Positions 10,992 through 24,271 of a stretch of DNA of 64,000 nt are shown piece after piece. The DNA comes from Prorocentrum cordatum (lineage: Eukaryota). Both the position numbers and the translations under genes were made by a program. The stretch spans positions 1 to 64,000 of the forward strand of contig CAUYUJ010000194.1 in the NCBI GenBank assembly GCA_963575745.1, given 5' to 3'. Below the pieces are notes generated by a model that was not told the origin of the DNA, ran no database searches, and saw only the letters and a program-made list of their open reading frames with translations. Positions within the stretch are counted from its first letter, which is position 1. Each line of letters starts with the position of its first letter.

Positions 10992-13786
10992 TTGCAGAGG
11001 CTGCCTGGCCGCCTCAGATCGCGCGCTTGGCTCCGCCCCCCGTGGAGCGGGGGCGGAGCATCTGAGAAAGAACGCCGCATTCTGTTGGACGCGTCGGCAT
11101 GGGCCCGGGACGTCATATACGTGCTTGCGGGCTTCGCAGCGGGGGCCACGAAGGCGTCGGCGGCGTCCCCAGCACGCGTCAGTAGCCCCCCGGTTGACCC
11201 ATCAGCTTACGCGTCGCACGCTGCCTTTAAACGGGCGGTGGCGCAAGCCGCGTGGGCGGACCGACATCGTGCCTTTCAGCGCTTCTCTGACCTTCGTGCC
11301 CAAAATCCAAGCCCGGCGGAAAGCTTCTTTTCTGAGTGCTTCCGGTCCCGGAATGCCTTGCAGATTGCTCTCGTCGGCCCGGTCGACGGGCGCTCCCTCG
11401 ATGTGGAGGAATCGCTCGCGCTCTTGCAATCTGACTTGACAGGCCGAATGCAGAATGACTTCGAATTCGACGCGGCGGAGCAGCAAGCGCAGGCCCGCGC
11501 GGCCTCGGCCATCAGGTCGATGGGCGGGGGGCCAGTGCACGCGCACATTGGTCCGCACATACTCAGTCGAAGAGGTGGACGCGGTGTTGGACAGTTTAAA
11601 AACGACATCCGCCGCGGTCCGTGGCTGCTTCGCAGCTGGGCCCCTGCGGGCAGCCGGGCCACGCGTGCCCTCGCTAATGTTTCCAGGCATTGCGCGCTCA
11701 CGAGCACCCTGTGGTCGCCTCGCCAGGTCACGCCTCTCCATAAGTCGGGGCCCCGCGTTGTTCGGTCAACAGTTTGCCTCCGGCCGATTTCTATCTCGGC
11801 GGTCATGACATCCGTTGTGGATGGGCTGTGGAACTTGCGCAACGCGCCTTCGCTTGAGAAGTGCTGCGGGGTTGCGCAACAGGGCGGCGTTGGGGGCCCG
11901 ATCTCCCTCCTCCTCTCCCTTCTCCTCCACGCTCAACTTCGTAGCGCCCCAGGTCTTGCCACTTATTGGGCAGTTACGGACCTCAAGTGGGCCTTTGCTG
12001 TGGCGTCTCATCTCGCCATGCTGCTCAATGCTTATGAGGCGGGGGTGCGCGGTGACGACTGGCTTCTGCTGGATGATTTCATGTCGTCTGACGCGCAGTA
12101 CATCGCGCTCCGCGGTCACGTCTCGTCCTTATTTTCCCTTGGTGGTGGAACAGCCCAGGGGCGTAGATTCAGTGTTGGCGTTTTCAATGCGCAGCGTAAG
12201 TGGCTGGCTGAAGAAGTACATCGTGCACTCCCAGGTAGCTGCGCTGCTTGGGTGGAACCCCACCTCCGCCACCATTGCTTGGGCATCAGTGTCCCCGAGC
12301 CCGCCTGCAATGGCGCACCCGCCCCGCCGGCTGTTGGGGGCGACCTCGAAGCTCTCGCTGTTGAGGTGGCGTCCGCGGCCGCTGCGGAACAGGCGCCCTA
12401 CCCGAGGGCTGGGCGCGCGCTTCGCTGCGGGGCCACGCGCGTTGCCACAGAGGCCGACAAGGCCTATCTGCTTGACCGGCTGGGCTCGGCCCTTCTCCAC
12501 CCGCTGCAGTTTGTGGATGACTTGACGGACGCAACCTCCTCGCCAGGTGCTCCCCGCAGAATAGTATCGCGTGAACCTCGGTCGGCCTGCACTCGGCATG
12601 CGAGGCGCACCCGTTCTCAGTTTAATTACAAAGCGGGGAAAACAGCTGCCATGGCGATCCTCGACAGCCCTCCTCCAGGAGACGTCGGCTGCCCAGTTGT
12701 AGACTTGAAGGCCATGCTGGGGGTTCTTTTTGGTCCACAACTCACGTTTGGTCCATTGCTGAAGGCGACAGTGGCCAGAGGGAGCGAGTTGTTCGAGTCC
12801 TCGTTTTTCGCAGGTGAGACAGGAGGCTTTGGGCTTCCAATCCTGCGTGTACAGGTGCCGCTGCGTATAGAGTCTGCTCTGCTTTATCCCTCCCCCTTCC
12901 TCTTTCTCGCTCGCCGTGCTCGCTTCTCCCTTGACTACATGCAAGCGGGGAGGGCCGGCCGTTTGCTCGGTTGTGCCACTGGCCCGCCGCCCCCTGGCCC
13001 GGTAGTCATTGTGCAGTGTGGTTGGCACATGCGCCTTGGCACCAAAATGGTTGGGCGAACCATCCTCGCGCGCGCAAGGCTCTTCCTCTTACCTGTTGAG
13101 CATCCTGGGGCTACCATGCTTCAGGAGGCTGAGAACACGCGCTGCTCCTTGTGGCCGTCAGCCGTGCGGGCGTGGATGAATTCCGTGGACCCTCCACTCC
13201 CTGACGTAGTTGAGTGGACCTTTGCTGGGCAGCAAGCTGGCGCAAACGCTCGGACAGATCCAGTGGCTCGCCGGCAGCTGTTGCGCAGTTACAATTTTTA
13301 CGTGGTCCGCCCTAGTCAAGCTTGACCATCTTGCGTTCCAGCAGGCAGCAGCTGCATCACTGCCAGTTTTCCGCCTGCCGTTCTCGGCGTGGCTGTCTGG
13401 ACCGCCTGGCCTCCAGTGGAATTTGGTGGACTTGGAGCTTGGCCCAGGCTCCTGGCTTCAGTTTCGCTCGTGGGCTGTCGCACGGACGTCGGGGTGCTGG
13501 CCGCTCCAGGTCCTCGGGGCCCCACTCTGCGCCCCCACGCTGCCGCGGTGTGCTGGTTGCGGGGCGCTGGACGTTGACGTCTAGCACGCTCTTTTCGTTT
13601 GCCCCGCGGCGGCAGCTCTTAGGACCTCCATCTGGTCTCGCCTTCCTCTGCCTCCTCCTTCCTCCCCCGCCCAGGTCCCCCAGTTCCCTTTTTCACCAGT
13701 CCCGGCCGCCGGCGGAACGCCGCAAGCACGTGCACTTCGTCGCCGCTGCAGTGCTACCGGCCGTCACAGGCACCAGTCAATTTTAA
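10992..13786 (+). pseudogene. Non-LTR retrotransposon (LINE) ORF2: reverse transcriptase plus C-terminal CCHC knuckle, disrupted
   Basis: Motifs VTPLHKSG, LRPISI, QQGG, DLKWAF, AQGRRFS, QFVDDL and FNYKAGKT. After a frameshift near 13320 comes C-AG-C-GALDVDV-stop-HALFV-C (13549-13613). No endonuclease domain recognised. Confidence 0.85.
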
Positions 13787-14084
13787 TGCGGTGCGCCCGC
13801 TTGTATGGAGCATGGCCGGGGGGGTCGCCGGCGCTGGCCGGCGCCGTCGTGGCCTGCTCCGGGAGACTGACTGCTTGCCTTGCGCCCTTTCCTGGAAAAA
13901 ATGTTGGTCGCCTTCCCCTCTGCCTCTCGTCGTCCCCTTCCCCTCCCCCCCCCCTCTCCCTGCCCCTCCCCCCCCCTCCCCCTTCCCCCCTCCCCCTTCC
14001 CTGCCCCTCCCTCCGTTCGTGCCTTTCTTCTTCTTCCATCTGCCCCTCTCTGTAGTGGCCCTCTTCACAGCTAATGCCTACATA

Positions 14085-14730
14085 TTTGATTGAGTGCGCT
14101 TCACAGTCGTGATGCGGTCCTTTGCCTTGTTTGTGCTTCACAGTCGTGATGCGGTCCTTCTCTTGCTCGCGTAAGTGATTGTTTGTTGTGAATTCCCACT
14201 GAACTGCTCCTTGGCCTGTCTGGGAAACGCGGAAGATCACATTACACTTTGTCTATGTTCCTTCATTACCTGTTGGCCCCCTTCAAAGCTTCTGCTCACA
14301 TCTTTGATTGAGTGTGCTTCACTGTCGTGATGCGGTCCTTTGCCTTGTTTGTGCCTCACAGTCGCGATGCGGTCCTTGTCTTGCTCGCGCAAAAGATTGT
14401 TCGCAGTCAGTTCTCAATTAGTTGCACCTCGGCGTCTGTGGGAAAACGCGGAAGATAGCATGTAACGTGGTTGCCTGGAGGGGACACTCCATCGTCCGGT
14501 GGCGTTACCTATTCACAGCTTGTCCTTGCTAACATGTTGTGTTGTGCTTCACAGCCGTGATGCGACCCCTTGTCTTGCATGTGCTTCACAGTCGTGATGC
14601 GCTCCGTTGTCTTGCTGCCATCGGTGCCTCACCATGCAGTGTTTGTGCCGATTCTCATTACACTTTCTATGTGCTCCTGCGTTCCCACCTTTTCCTATTT
14701 GTGCTCCTGCTTCACAGTCGTGATGCGGTC
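14085..14730 (+). repeat. Dispersed motif GTGCTTCACAGTCGTGATGCGGTCC (about 7 copies) within a ~215-bp duplication
   Basis: Copies near 14096, 14133, 14315, 14351, 14544, 14581 and 14709. Confidence 0.75.
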
Positions 14731-15225
14731 GTCGTGCTTGGATTGATATCTTGTACCGTTCACAGGGCACAGCGTACTGGGTCTATGCCACATGTCCTAT
14801 CCGATGCATATGATTTGCCCTCTTTTTGTTGTTTGCTTTAGCACTCTATTGTCCTTGTTCGCCTTCTTGTTGTTTGTCATGCTCTCCACTCTCTTTGCTG
14901 GTCGCACGCGCGGGGCAAGCCCCCATGCGTCTCCCTTGGGATGGGGGGGCCAGCCACTCGCTTTTTTGAGGGCTGGTGCCGTCATCTCGGGATGCACGTG
15001 GGAGGGTGGATCGGCGCGGGCTGCGAATATTCATCTTTCCACGGGGGGCCCTACGAAGGGCGGTGAAAGACCTGACCCTAGACGGGGGCACCCTGCGTCC
15101 CATCTCGTCCACCTCTCTCTTTTGGGGGACGCGCTGGGGCGCCGCGGGGGCCCGCGGGCCGGGCGCGCGGCGCGCGGCGCGCGGCGAGCGCCCGACCTGT
15201 GGCCGCCGATGCGGAGGCCAAAATA

Positions 15226-15942
15226 AGGAAGTCTCAGGCGGGAGCCGTTGTTGTTGCAACCCAGGGGCCAGGGGGCCAGTTTGAGCAGGAAGACTTTACC
15301 TGCCAAAAAAAGTGGTGCGAGCGTCGAGGGGCACACTTTGACTGAGAAAAAACAATATGCACCAGTGAGGGGGGGATCAACACTAATCATTCTTCAGGAA
15401 TGAGAATTCAACGGTTCCCGCGTGATACTTCCTCAGTATGTACTCCCAAATCGCGATCTTGCGCGGGACTGCCTCATAATTTAAATACAATCGCGCTCTC
15501 GCGTGGGACTTCCTCCCAATGAATCACGCCCTCGCTTTGGGCTTCCTCGCGATTTACTTGGAAATCGCGCTTCCTTGCGATTCATGCAGGACCCACGCTT
15601 CAACAACAAGCCTGCTTCACCTGGTCGCCTGGGCCCGCGTTCCCGACCTGCTCGCTGTGGGTCTGCCCACCCGATCTGCCCGTCTAGTTCTACCACTTGT
15701 GTTCTGATCCTTGCTCCCCAACTTCAAAATTCTCTCGTGTTCCATTCTTCCCCCATCCCCTTCCACCCGTCTTCTCTTCCCTTGTTAGGAGTTGCACTCA
15801 GGCTCGTGGCAGGTGTGGAACATACACCCCAAAGTGGGTATGACCGAAGACGACGAGGGCGGGTATCGAGGGTTTGGGATATACTATTGGTTGGCACGGG
15901 AGCGGACAGGAACGCACAGTCTTAAAATTATTGCTGATGTTG

Positions 15943-15982
<40 letters not shown>

Positions 15983-16157
15983 TGTTGCTGTTGTCGTTCG
16001 GGCCCCAACAACAAAGTCTGGTGGCATCATGCCCTCCCTGTGCTGTTATATGTATAAAAGAAAAATGCGAGCCCCGAGGAGGGCACGCCAGTAGTAATTA
16101 TAGAATGTTTACCAGAGGGCGGAAACAACAGGAGTTATTCTTCAGACACGACAACTC
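15226..16157. mobile_element. R module (15246-15413), inverted 42-bp arm with inverted L module (15413-15932), (GTT/GCT)n, second R module (15990-16157)
   Basis: The reverse complement of 15800-15932 reads AATAATTTTAAGACTG...CCCAAACCCTCGATACCCGCCCTCGTCGTCTTCGG. Both R copies carry TGCGAGC...GGGCAC and end TTCTTCAG...TCAAC. Confidence 0.65.
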
Positions 16158-16211
<54 letters not shown>

Positions 16212-16279
16212 AACAACAACAACAACAACAACAACAACAATAACAACAACAACAACAACAACAACAACAGCAACAACAA

Positions 16280-16311
<32 letters not shown>

Positions 16312-16372
16312 ACAACAACAACAACAACAACGACGACGACGACGACGACGACGACGACAACAACAACAACAA

Positions 16373-16403
<31 letters not shown>

Positions 16404-16686
16404 AACCACAACCACAACCACAACCACAACCACAACCACAACCACAACCACAACCACAACAACAACAACCACAACAACAACAACAACAACAACCACAACC
16501 ACATCCACAACCACAACCACAACCAAAACAACCACATCAACCACAACAACCACAACAACCACAACAACCACAACAACCACAACAACAACAACAGCAACAA
16601 CAACAACAACAACAACAACATCAACAACATCAACAACAACATCAACAGCAACAACAACAACAACAACCACATCAACCACAACAACC

Positions 16687-16722
<36 letters not shown>

Positions 16723-16893
16723 GCAACAACAACAGCAACAACCACAACAACCACAACAACCACAACAACAACAACAACAACAACAACAAAAACAACAACA
16801 ACGACGACGACGACGACGACAACAGCAGCAGCAGCAGCAACAACAACAACAACAACAACCACAACCACAACAACAAAAACAACAACAACAACG

Positions 16894-16939
<46 letters not shown>

Positions 16940-16940
16940 T

Positions 16941-16986
<46 letters not shown>

Positions 16987-17040
16987 GCAGCAACAACAAC
17001 AACAACCACAACAACCACAACCATAACCACAACCACAACC

Positions 17041-17071
<31 letters not shown>

Positions 17072-17212
17072 CCACAACCACAACCACAACCACAACAACC
17101 ACAACAACCACAACAACCACAACAACCACAACAACCACAACAACCACAACAACCAGAACAACCACGACAACCACAACAACCACAACAACCACAACAACAA
17201 CAACAACAACAG

Positions 17213-17240
<28 letters not shown>
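16157..17240. repeat. (AAC)n microsatellite with ACAACC, GAC and AGC variants
   Basis: Directly visible. Confidence 0.98.
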
Positions 17241-17243
<3 letters not shown>

Positions 17244-18374
17244 CACTTTACCCGAACGCTCAGTGTTCTCACCAGTGCCAGGGTTTTCATGCGACGCCAG
17301 CCAATACCCCCACTTTGTGGGGGGGCAGTGCAAGCTCTACCAAATATCCACACGACTCTTCGCCACCACCCACACCCAGCTTCCCGCCCTATGACGTTCG
17401 GACACTTCACTTCGTGGCCTGCGGACGACCGTGGCTACTACACTGGCGTGGAGTACACACCCACAGAAGTTGTTAAGCCTACGTTCGTACACCCACAGAA
17501 GTTGTTAAGCCTTGTTAACCCACAGAAGTTGTTAAGCCTTCCACAGAACATCTGTTGCATATGATGCATATGGTACATGATACACATGATACACATGATA
17601 CGTACTCACAAGATAGTTGATCACATCTTTAGGGCAAATTCCTGAGGGATGTGGGAATACACAAGAGAGAGAGGATATGGTTGTCCCGATGGTTGTCTCG
17701 ATGGTTGTCCCGATGGTTGTCCTGATGGTTGTGGTTGTCCCGATCGTTGTCCCGATGATTGTCCCGATGGTTGTCCTGATGGTTGTGCTGATGCGCGGTG
17801 CTAAAATTCTTAAGAAGCCCAATGGTTTTTGGAGATTTCGGCGTGCGCGCGCGAAGAAAAAACGAATGTGTCCCGCATGGTATTATTTGACAGGGATGAT
17901 GGCCCTGGCAGGTGCGCAACCGTTGTCGCAGAAGTTCGAAAAAGTTGCTCGCAAAAGCCCGTTTGACAGAAATGTTTAAAAAGTGTTGGGTTTCCTACGA
18001 ATCCGCAAGAGCGCGCGGGATGAGATTTTGACATTTTTTGTTGAAAAACCATTGGTTTTTTGATGTTTTTATGTTAAAATCGCTCCGAACACTAAGCTTT
18101 TGGAAGGATTTCGTCTTGCGCGCGCGAATGTCCACTTTACCTTATTTTTTGCAAGGGATTCTTGAAATTTGATTATATTAGAACAAGAAATGTCATTTTC
18201 TATTGTTTTTTGCAAGGGAAAGCGGATTACAACAAAACAACCGGATCCTGTACACACCCTCTTTTCTGAGGCTTCCTCACGAAAATGATGAAAATGTAGC
18301 TGCGGCCTAGGCGGCGCAGGGGGGGCGCGCACCAGGGGGCCCAACAATAATTATTCTTTAGAATAATAATGTTC
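17241..18374 (+). mobile_element. Non-coding element B, copy B1
   Basis: Starts AATCACTTTACCCGAACG and ends TGTTC(AAC)n; ends nearly identical to B2/B3; private middle with GATGGTTGTCCC 12-mers. Confidence 0.85.
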
Positions 18375-18446
18375 AACAACAACAACAACAAACAACACAA
18401 ACAACAACAACACAACAACCAACAACACAACACAACCACAACAACC

Positions 18447-18486
<40 letters not shown>

Positions 18487-18521
18487 CGACGACGACCAAC
18501 AACAACAACGACAACAACGTC

Positions 18522-18550
<29 letters not shown>

Positions 18551-18553
<3 letters not shown>

Positions 18554-19519
18554 CACTTTACCCGAACGCTCAGTGTTCTCACCAGTGCCAGGGTTTTCAT
18601 GCGACGCCAGCCAATACCCCCACTTTGTGGGGGGGCAGTGCAAGCTCTACCAAATATCCACACGACTCTTCGCCACCACCCACACCCAGCTTCCCGCCCT
18701 ATGACGTTCGGAGACTTCACTTCGTGGCCTGCGGACGACCGTGGCTACTACACTGGCGCGGAGTACTACACTGACAAGAGCGTGCGAAAGTAGCTCGCGC
18801 GAGCTCATGTAACATAAATGTTGGAAAACCATTGGTTTTTTTAGGATTCGGACAGCGCGCGCGGGTAGAAATTTTGAAAAGTCGTGCAGGTGTTTTTCGA
18901 GGGCCTACGGTGCGATTCGTGTGATTTTATGATGCGCGGTGCTAAAATTCTTAAGAAGCCCAATGGTTTTTGGAGATTTCGGCGTGCGCGCGCGAAGAAA
19001 AAACGAATGTGTCCCGCATGGTATTATTTGACAGGGATGATGGCCCTGGCAGGTGCGCAACCGTTGTCGCAGAAGTTCGAAAAAGTTGCTCGCAAAAGCC
19101 CGTTTGACAGAAATGTTTAAAAAGTGTTGGTTTTCCTACGAATCCGCAAGAGCGCGCGGGATGAGATTTTGACATTTTTGTTGTTGAAAAACCATTGGTT
19201 TTTTGATGTTTTTATGTTAAAATCGCTCCGAACACTAAGCTTTTGGAAGGATTTCGTCTTGCGCGCGCGAATGTCCACTTTACCTTATTTTTTGCAAGGG
19301 ATTCTTGAAATTTGATTATATTAGAACAAGAAATGTCATTTTATAGTGTTTTTTTGCAAGGGAAAACGGATTACAACAAAACAACCGGATCTGGATCACA
19401 TCGTTTTACCTGAGGCTTCTTCACGAAAATGATGAAAATGTAGCTGCGGCCTAGGCGGCGCAGGGGGGGCGTGCACCAGGGGGCCCAACAATAATTATTC
19501 TTTAGAACAAATAATGTTC
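18551..19519 (+). mobile_element. Non-coding element B, copy B2
   Basis: Same termini as B1 and B3; internal deletion relative to B3. Confidence 0.85.
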
Positions 19520-19613
19520 AACGACAACAACGACAACAACGACAACAACAACAACAACGACAACAACGACAACAACGACGACAACGACGACAACGACGAC
19601 AACGACAACGACC

Positions 19614-19654
<41 letters not shown>

Positions 19655-19655
19655 C

Positions 19656-19762
<107 letters not shown>

Positions 19763-19822
19763 TACGACGACGGCGGCGACGACGACAACAACAACAACAA
19801 CAACATCACCACCACCACCACC

Positions 19823-19870
<48 letters not shown>

Positions 19871-19873
<3 letters not shown>

Positions 19874-21031
19874 CACTTTACCCGAACGCTCAGTGTTCTC
19901 ACCAGTGCCAGGGTTTTCATGCGACGCCAGCCAATACCCCCACTTTGTGGGGGGGCAGTGTAAGCTCTACCAAATATCCACACGACTCTTCGCCACCACC
20001 CACACCCAGCTTCCCGCCCGATGACGTTCGGACACTCCACTTCGTGGCCTGCGGACGACCGTGGCTACTACACTGGCGTGGAGTACACACCCACAGAAGT
20101 TGTTAAGCCTACGTTCGTACACCCACAGAAGTTCTTAAGCCTTGTTAACCCACAGAGGGTGTTAAGGCTTCCACAGAACCTATGGCGCAACCAATAGGGG
20201 GACGTTTTATTCTCGGCGGCCGAGGGCGCAACCTATGGCGCAACCGCAAGGGATTGTGGCCCCTGGCAGGCGCGCGAACCCCGTTGCAAGAGCGTGCGAA
20301 AGTAGCTCGCGCGAGCTCATGTAACATAAATGTTGGAAAACCATTGGTTTTTTTAGGATTCGGACAGCGCGCGCGGGTAGAAATTTTGAAAAGTCGTGCA
20401 GGTGTTTTTCGAGGACCTACGGTGCGATTCGTGTGATTTTATGATGCGCGGTGCTAAAATTCTTAAGAAGCCCAATGGTTTTTGGAGATTTCGGCGTGCG
20501 CGCGCGAAGAAAAAACGAATGTGTCCCGCATGGTATTATTTGACAGGGATGATGGCCCTGGCAGGTGCGCAACCGTTGTCGCAGAAGTTCGAAAAAGTTG
20601 CTCGCAAAAGCCCGTTTGACAGAAATGTTTAAAAAAGTGTTGGGTTTCCTACGAATCCGCAAGAGCGCGCGGGATGAGATTTTGACATTTTTTTGTTGAA
20701 AAACCATTGGTTTTTTGATGTTTTTATGTTAAAATCGTTCCGAACACTAAGCTTTTGGAAGGATTTCGTCTTGCGCGCGCGAATGTCCACTTTACCTTAT
20801 TTTTTTGCAAGGGATTCTTGAAATTTGATTATATTAGAACAAGAAATGTCATTTTCTATTGTTTTTTGCAAGGGAAAGCGGATTACAACAAAACAACCGG
20901 ATCCTGTACACACCCTCTTTTCTGAGGCTTCCTCACGAAAATGATGAAAATGTAGCTGCGGCCTAGGCGGCGCAGGGGGGGCGCGCACCAGGGGGCCCAA
21001 CAATAATTATTCTTTAGAATAAATAATGTTC
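19871..21031 (+). mobile_element. Non-coding element B, copy B3 (longest)
   Basis: Same termini as B1 and B2; head-to-tail with them, separated only by (AAC/GAC)n. Confidence 0.85.
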
Positions 21032-21081
<50 letters not shown>

Positions 21082-21118
21082 AAACAACAAAAACAACAAA
21101 AAACAACAAAAAAAAAAA

Positions 21119-21154
<36 letters not shown>

Positions 21155-21194
21155 ACCCACGACACCCCCTGGCGCCTGGAAACACGGAATAGTA

Positions 21195-22920
21195 AAGCCC
21201 TTACTCCGTGAGACTTTATTTACTCCGTGTATCCAACGCACGGGGAAAAAGGCCGCGATTACTCCGTACATCACCTAACGGAAAAAAAGAGCCTGTGTCA
21301 CTCCGTCTAACAGGTACACGGATTGGAACAGCCGCGACTACTCCGTGTATAAAATACACTTGAATAACAAGACCCTGCCACTCTGTGAGTAATTGGGCTG
21401 GACGCTCCCAGAGGATTTGGGCGCCGTGCGCAGAAGTTCAAAATTTCAGCACAAGGAAATGTGAAAGGGTTGAGCGGCCGGGTGAAACTCCTGTGTATCC
21501 GATACACAGCACAATAGGCTGCTATTGCTCCGCGCATCGGGTACACGAATCAAACGGCCACTATTACTCCGTGCATCCGTTTTCCGATACACGGAAGGAG
21601 AGTCGGCCACTAGTTCGTGAATCTGGCACGCGGGAAAAATATGAATACAGGGCTGCTCTTACTCCGAGAATCCTATGCACGAAATACGAGACAGCTATTA
21701 CTCGGTCGGCGGGAAACACGGATAAAGATACCACTACTTATTCTCCATGTATCCGGCCGGAAAGCACGCCAACGCGTTTCCAGAGAATCTGATCGCCGCG
21801 CGCACTGATTGCGCATTTCCACGAAAAGGACATATAAACGAATTGCCTTTTCTTGGGGGGCCGCGCACGGATGAGAGCAAGAGGCCGCTGGTGATCTCTC
21901 TACCTGATACACGGAGTAACTCGCCGCTAAAATCCCCTGCATGGGGTTCCTGGGGTACTAATCCGATCAAATCCGTTCTTACTCCGTGTATCTGGCTGGC
22001 GGGGTGGCCCAAAAAAGAGGCTCCCAGAAAAACTACACGCTGGGCCAGAAATTGCGCATTTAAAATAGGACTTCCCTTTTTCGGGCACCACGCCCAGATG
22101 AGATTTCCCATGCATCCGACACACAGTAAGCCTCCCTTACTTCGTGTATCCGACGCACATAAAAACGAGCCGGCCGCTATTACTCAATCTATATGTTCTA
22201 TATGTTATGTTTTAGGGGAAGGGAGGGGGGGAGGGAGGGTAGGGGGAGGGGGGGGGGGGGGGGATGGGGGGGAGGAGGGGGAGGGGAGGGGGAAAGAAAA
22301 AACAAAAAAAAAAAAAAAAAAAACAAAAAAAAAAAAAAAAAAAAAAAAACTCGGGCGCCGAATCGAACCAATGTCAGCGTATCCGACGCACGGACTTATA
22401 AGCCGCTATACTCGTGTACCGGATACACGCACAAAGAACCCTCTACTAATCCGTATCTCCGGCCTGGGGGCCAGCCGGGGAGGTCCCAGAGAATCCCCTT
22501 GCCAGAAGCAGAAATTGCGCAGGCTTGAGGGGAATATTTGTAATAGACGTGCCTGTTCCGGGCGCCGCGCCCGGATTAGATTTTCCGTATCCGATACACA
22601 GAGCACCAGGCCGGTACTACACTGTGGGTACAAAACACAAAGAAAGAAGCCCCTCTTCATTTGTGCACCGAGCTACTTGCAGGAGGATTCAAGACGTCGC
22701 GCGCAGAAATGGCAAACTTTCAACAAGAGGATCAGTAAAGGAATTGCCTTTTTCGGACGCTTCGTCCGGATCAGACTGCCGTTGTATCCGACACAAGGAG
22801 CCACCAGTGCACCGTGCAACGGAGCAGCAGCTCGCTAATACTCCGTGTACCCCGCCGGGGGGGCAGCCCTGGTGCCCCCAAAGGACACAGGCGCCGCGCG
22901 CAAAAATTGCGCATGAACCA
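21195..22920. repeat. Degenerate ~40-bp repeat with palindromic core TACTCCGTGTATCCGATACACGG, interleaved with CAGAAATTGCGCA blocks
   Basis: ACTCCGT recurs near 21222, 21261, 21300, 21340 and onward. Confidence 0.65.
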
Positions 22921-23289
22921 TCGTCCGCTTCGCGCGCACTGAAATTCAACCTAGGTTTGCTAGGCTAGATCATGATATATTATATTGGTCACTTCTTGCG
23001 TCCAGGGGCTCTCTGGGAGGCCCTGAAATCGTATAGAAGGGGAAAGGCGAAAACGCAGAAATCATTAATGCCTGTAGGTGTTCCATGACTTGGGGCCCTC
23101 GAAAACTTCCTGGGCTCTTCTTTTGGAGGCGAAGGGGGTCTGCATCGTGCTCCGTTTGGCACGATTAGACACGGGCACAAACTCCAACAAAAAACTATGC
23201 CCATGTTTTTCCACTCCATCGGCGCTGTTCAGCGCTATTTGTTGTTCGCGCCTCGCGGGTTTTGTTAACTGGACCCCTCAGGGGTGTGG

Positions 23290-24010
23290 GATCTCCTTGG
23301 GTTCTGGAGGGTTTTGAAGGCCTCCTGGACGCCTGGAGAACCGTCGGAGGGGTGTCTCGGGCTGCGCGGGAGTGTTTCAGGCCGTTCGTCACGTTCTGGT
23401 GGCAACTTGGGCTCGTCTTGGGCTGTCCTTGCGCGCCCCGAAACCCCGGGAGGCCGAGAGGCGCGGCCCCAGCCAGATGTCAGGGGACGGGTGGGATTTC
23501 CCGAGTAGGGGTCCCACTTTGAAAAAAGAAATGCAAATCCCTGTTCTCTCTTCAAAATCATCGATCATCGAGGTTTGGATGCGGGGAAACAGGAGAAGGC
23601 GGAGAACATTAGAAACATCATTGAAAATCAACGACTTTACCCTCTTTTGGCTCTCTCGGGACGGCTTTCGCAGGCTCTCTTGGGCTGTTCTTGGTGCCTC
23701 TTCGGGGTCTTTTTGGGGCCTCTCAAGGATCAGGGGTTTGTTGGGGGTCTCTGGGTGGTCCTCGACACCCCTCGGAGGTCTCTTGGGCCCATCTTGGGCC
23801 TGTTTGGGGTGGTCTGGGGCTGTCCTGGGCGTCGGCAGTCTTGGAGCCTTCTGGGCCCGTCTTTGGGCCGTCCTGGAGGTCTCTGGGGTGGTCTTGAGGC
23901 GGTCTTGGGGGCCTCTCTGGCGCTCTTAGACCGATGGAAGCTTGAAAACGTGAGAAGCCAAAAACATTCTAAAAACCTATGGAAACGCAACGCCTCTTGG
24001 ACACCTCCTG
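23290..24010 (-). repeat. Low-complexity GGCCCAAGA-type repeat similar to the interior of the 37387-38250 element, in reverse orientation
   Basis: Runs of TCTTGGG/GGGCCGTCCTGG are the reverse complement of CCCAAGA/CCAGGACGGCCC. Confidence 0.45.
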
Positions 24011-24271
24011 GGACCAGCTTCTCCGAAGCCCCCAGTGGTACCGCCCACAGGCGCCACTCACCCCCAATTTGCCATTGCCACCCCCCAGTACAGCGTCCCG
24101 CGGCCCAACAAAATGCACGTTTGGAACATTCTGCGTGTACGCCCCTTCAAACCCCAAAAACATCCCAGAGAAGCTGCAGTGTTATGCCGATCTCGATATG
24201 AAATACAGCACTTGTTCGGCAAGTGCTGGAAAGGTTCTGATTGGGGACTTGACTGCATGAAGCAAACACGG

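Noticed and set aside
15874..17394. 506-aa Thr-rich, mucin-like ORF with a Leu-rich signal-like stretch
   Set aside because: It is built from (GCT)n and (AAC)n microsatellites and non-coding repeat modules.
21195..21400. CRISPR array
   Set aside because: Repeats are degenerate, linkers are homologous, there are no cas genes, and the context is eukaryotic.
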